Positions 62,086 to 64,000 of a stretch of DNA of 64,000 bases are shown one piece after another. A program made the position numbers and the translations under genes. Numbering within the stretch: position 1 is the first letter of the stretch; each line of letters begins with the position of its first letter. The notes below the pieces were generated by a model that worked only from the letters and a program-made list of their open reading frames with translations, was not told the origin of the DNA and made no database searches. The stretch comes from Vicinamibacteria bacterium (lineage in GTDB: Bacteria; Acidobacteriota; Vicinamibacteria; Marinacidobacterales; Marinacidobacteraceae). The stretch spans positions 1,152,001 through 1,216,000 of the forward strand of contig OZ219816.1 of the NCBI GenBank assembly GCA_964291235.2. The letters are read 5' to 3'.

Positions 62086-62913
62086 GTGTCTCGTCGAGGG
62101 ATTCTGGCCGCCGCCCTGCTTCTGGCTGCGGCAGGCGCGTCCTGGGGCGCCCTGGCGCTCCGCGCTCCGCTGGCGACGGTTCAGCCGACTCCCCGCCAGC
62201 TTCGCGAGATGATCGCGGACGCCGTCGGAGACGATTTGGGGGGGCCGCGTTTCGGAAAACCTCCGGTCCACGATTTCCATTTCACCCGGGCCGCCTACAC
62301 GAGTTATGGCTGGCGGGGCTGGCACGTTGACTACCCGAAGGCGGATCGGCAGTTCCTGATCGGCCTCCGCCGGATCACCAATCTCGACTCCTACGAGTAC
62401 GAGAACGCGGTTCTGCTCACGGATCCAAATCTTGGCAAGTACCCCTTCCTCTACACGGTGGAAGTCGGAGCCATGGCCATGACGGAAGCTGAGGTGGTGG
62501 CCCTGCGCCGCTACCTGCACCAGGGCGGCTTCCTGGTGGTGGACGACTTCTGGGGCACCTCCGAGTGGGTGAACTTCGCGCACGAGATGGGGCGGGTGCT
62601 GCCCGGCCGGCCGATCGAGGACATCCCGCTGGACCATCCGGTGTTCCGCTCTTTCTTCGAGATGGACGAGATCGTCCAGGTGCCCAACGTCGGGCAGGGG
62701 ATCCGTGGCGGGCCGACCTGGGAGCGGGACGGTTACGAGCCCGTGGTGCGGGGGATCTTCGACGATGAGGGGCGGCTGATGGTCCTGGTGAACTGGAACA
62801 CCGACCTCGGGGACGCCTGGGAGTGGGCCGAGAATCCCTATTACCCGCTGCACTTTTCGACCTACGCCTACGAAATGGGAGTCAACTTCATCATCTACGC
62901 GATGACGCACTGA
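62086..62913 (+). CDS. DUF4159 domain protein, probable Tat substrate
   Basis: SRRGIL signal; DYPKAD, YPFLY, GGFLVVDDFWG, NTDLGDAWEW, GVNFIIYAMTH. Confidence 0.85.
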   Translation: MSRRGILAAALLLAAAGASWGALALRAPLATVQPTPRQLREMIADAVGDDLGGPRFGKPPVHDFHFTRAAYTSYGWRGWHVDYPKADRQFLIGLRRITNLDSYEYENAVLLTDPNLGKYPFLYTVEVGAMAMTEAEVVALRRYLHQGGFLVVDDFWGTSEWVNFAHEMGRVLPGRPIEDIPLDHPVFRSFFEMDEIVQVPNVGQGIRGGPTWERDGYEPVVRGIFDDEGRLMVLVNWNTDLGDAWEWAENPYYPLHFSTYAYEMGVNFIIYAMTH

Positions 62914-62930
62914 CTGCCGGCTCCCGGATC

Positions 62931-64000
62931 GTGTTTCTCTCCGTCTTCGAGTGGCTGCTGGGCAGTCCTCCAGTCGCGTTCGAGCGCGGGCAGGTGGAAC
63001 TCCTCGTTCCCTGGGCTGTCTTCTGGATCGCCGCCGCGGCCGTCGCGGCGATCGTCTTCTCGCTGCTCGGGTATCGGCGCCTGGGGCGGAGGCTCGGCAG
63101 AACGGGCCGCGTCCTGCTCGGGGTGGCGCGCGCCGCCGCCATCGCGCTCGTTCTTCTCTGCCTGCTGCGCCCGCAACTGGTGCTGTCCCTGGTGGTTCCC
63201 CAGGAGAACGTCGTGGGTGTCCTTCTCGACGACTCGCGAAGCATGCGGATCGCCGACGCGGAAGAAGGCCGGGAGCGAAGAGACGTCCTGCTGGCCGCCT
63301 TTGCCGATGGGACGGAAGAGGAGCGGGACGAGGAAGCGCTGGGTTTCCGCCTGAGCGAGAAGTTCGTAACCCGACTGTTCCGGTTCTCCGATACGACCGA
63401 GCGGGTGCGGCGGGCATCGGAACTCGACTTCACGGGCGCCCGGACCGACCTGCTCGGGGGGCTCGGCCAGGCCGCCGAAGCACTCGCCTCATTGCCGGTG
63501 GCCGGAATCGTGTTGATGAGCGACGGGGCGGACACCGTGGCCGGGGGCGAAGACGCCGAACTCGATCGGACGCTGCTCGATTTGCGGACGCGCGGGATCC
63601 GGGTCTATCCGGTCCTGGTGGGACGTCCCGAATTCGAGGTTGACCTCGAGCTGGACACGCCCGATGTGCCGCCGCGAGTCCTGCGCGGCTCGCTCCTGGA
63701 GGTTCGTTTGCCACTCCGGGCTCGTGGACTCGCCGGGCGGACGGCGCGGGTGGAGGTGCTGGACGAGGGCCGCATCGTGGCCACCGAGAGCGTGCGTTTC
63801 GCGAGCGACTCGGTGGAGACGGCGGTGACGCTGCTGGCGCCCGCGGAAGAAGCCGGCGTGCGCCAACTCCGGTTTCGGGTGGCCCCCTTTCCGGGCGAAG
63901 TACTGACCCGCAACAACGAGCAGAGCGTCCTGGTTCGGGTGGACGACGAACCGCTCCGGTTGCTCTATTTCGAGGGACAGCCGCGCTGGGAACTGAAGTT
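62931..64000 (+). CDS. Membrane protein with vWA-like domain (3' truncated; absent from ORF track because no stop falls in the window)
   Basis: Read manually: MFLSVFEWLL..CLLRPQLV..VLLDDSRSM..TDL..MSDGAD..GEVLTRNN..LLYFEGQPRWELK; such genes commonly follow DUF4159 genes. Confidence 0.8.
   Translation, partial: MFLSVFEWLLGSPPVAFERGQVELLVPWAVFWIAAAAVAAIVFSLLGYRRLGRRLGRTGRVLLGVARAAAIALVLLCLLRPQLVLSLVVPQENVVGVLLDDSRSMRIADAEEGRERRDVLLAAFADGTEEERDEEALGFRLSEKFVTRLFRFSDTTERVRRASELDFTGARTDLLGGLGQAAEALASLPVAGIVLMSDGADTVAGGEDAELDRTLLDLRTRGIRVYPVLVGRPEFEVDLELDTPDVPPRVLRGSLLEVRLPLRARGLAGRTARVEVLDEGRIVATESVRFASDSVETAVTLLAPAEEAGVRQLRFRVAPFPGEVLTRNNEQSVLVRVDDEPLRLLYFEGQPRWELK

Overview
High-GC bacterial chromosomal window, most likely Acidobacteriota. 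This is inferred from the FolD insertion, the acidobacterial-type VWA protein, bshC and DUF4159. It is densely coding, with about 55 genes. Core metabolism includes leuA/C/D, accBC, thiE, folD, coaE, kdsC, pyrG, ubiE/menG, tatA/B-tatC, msrA, metH, a yitJ-type HMT/MTHFR, argS, lepB and bshC. A split type IVa pilus system is present: pilMNOPQ at 7.7-12.3 kb, and pilT-pilC-pilin-pilHIG-like-pilD plus minor pilins and PilY1 at 19.1-31.5 kb, with no pilB in the window. There is also a catabolic operon (ALDH, kinase-M23-class III aminotransferase fusion, esterase, SDR). The most notable non-genic signals are (1) an identically spaced tripartite motif (TCGAsTTTTCCACA..CGGGA..TTTCCGTCT; DnaA-box-like plus ECF-sigma-like) in front of two separate pil operons, and (2) four copies of a 155-216 bp non-autonomous inverted-repeat element; three share a near-invariant 52-bp core and three end at the stop codon of a flanking gene. 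I recognised no rRNA, tRNA, CRISPR array or transposase. All calls come from reading motifs by eye; no database searches were run.
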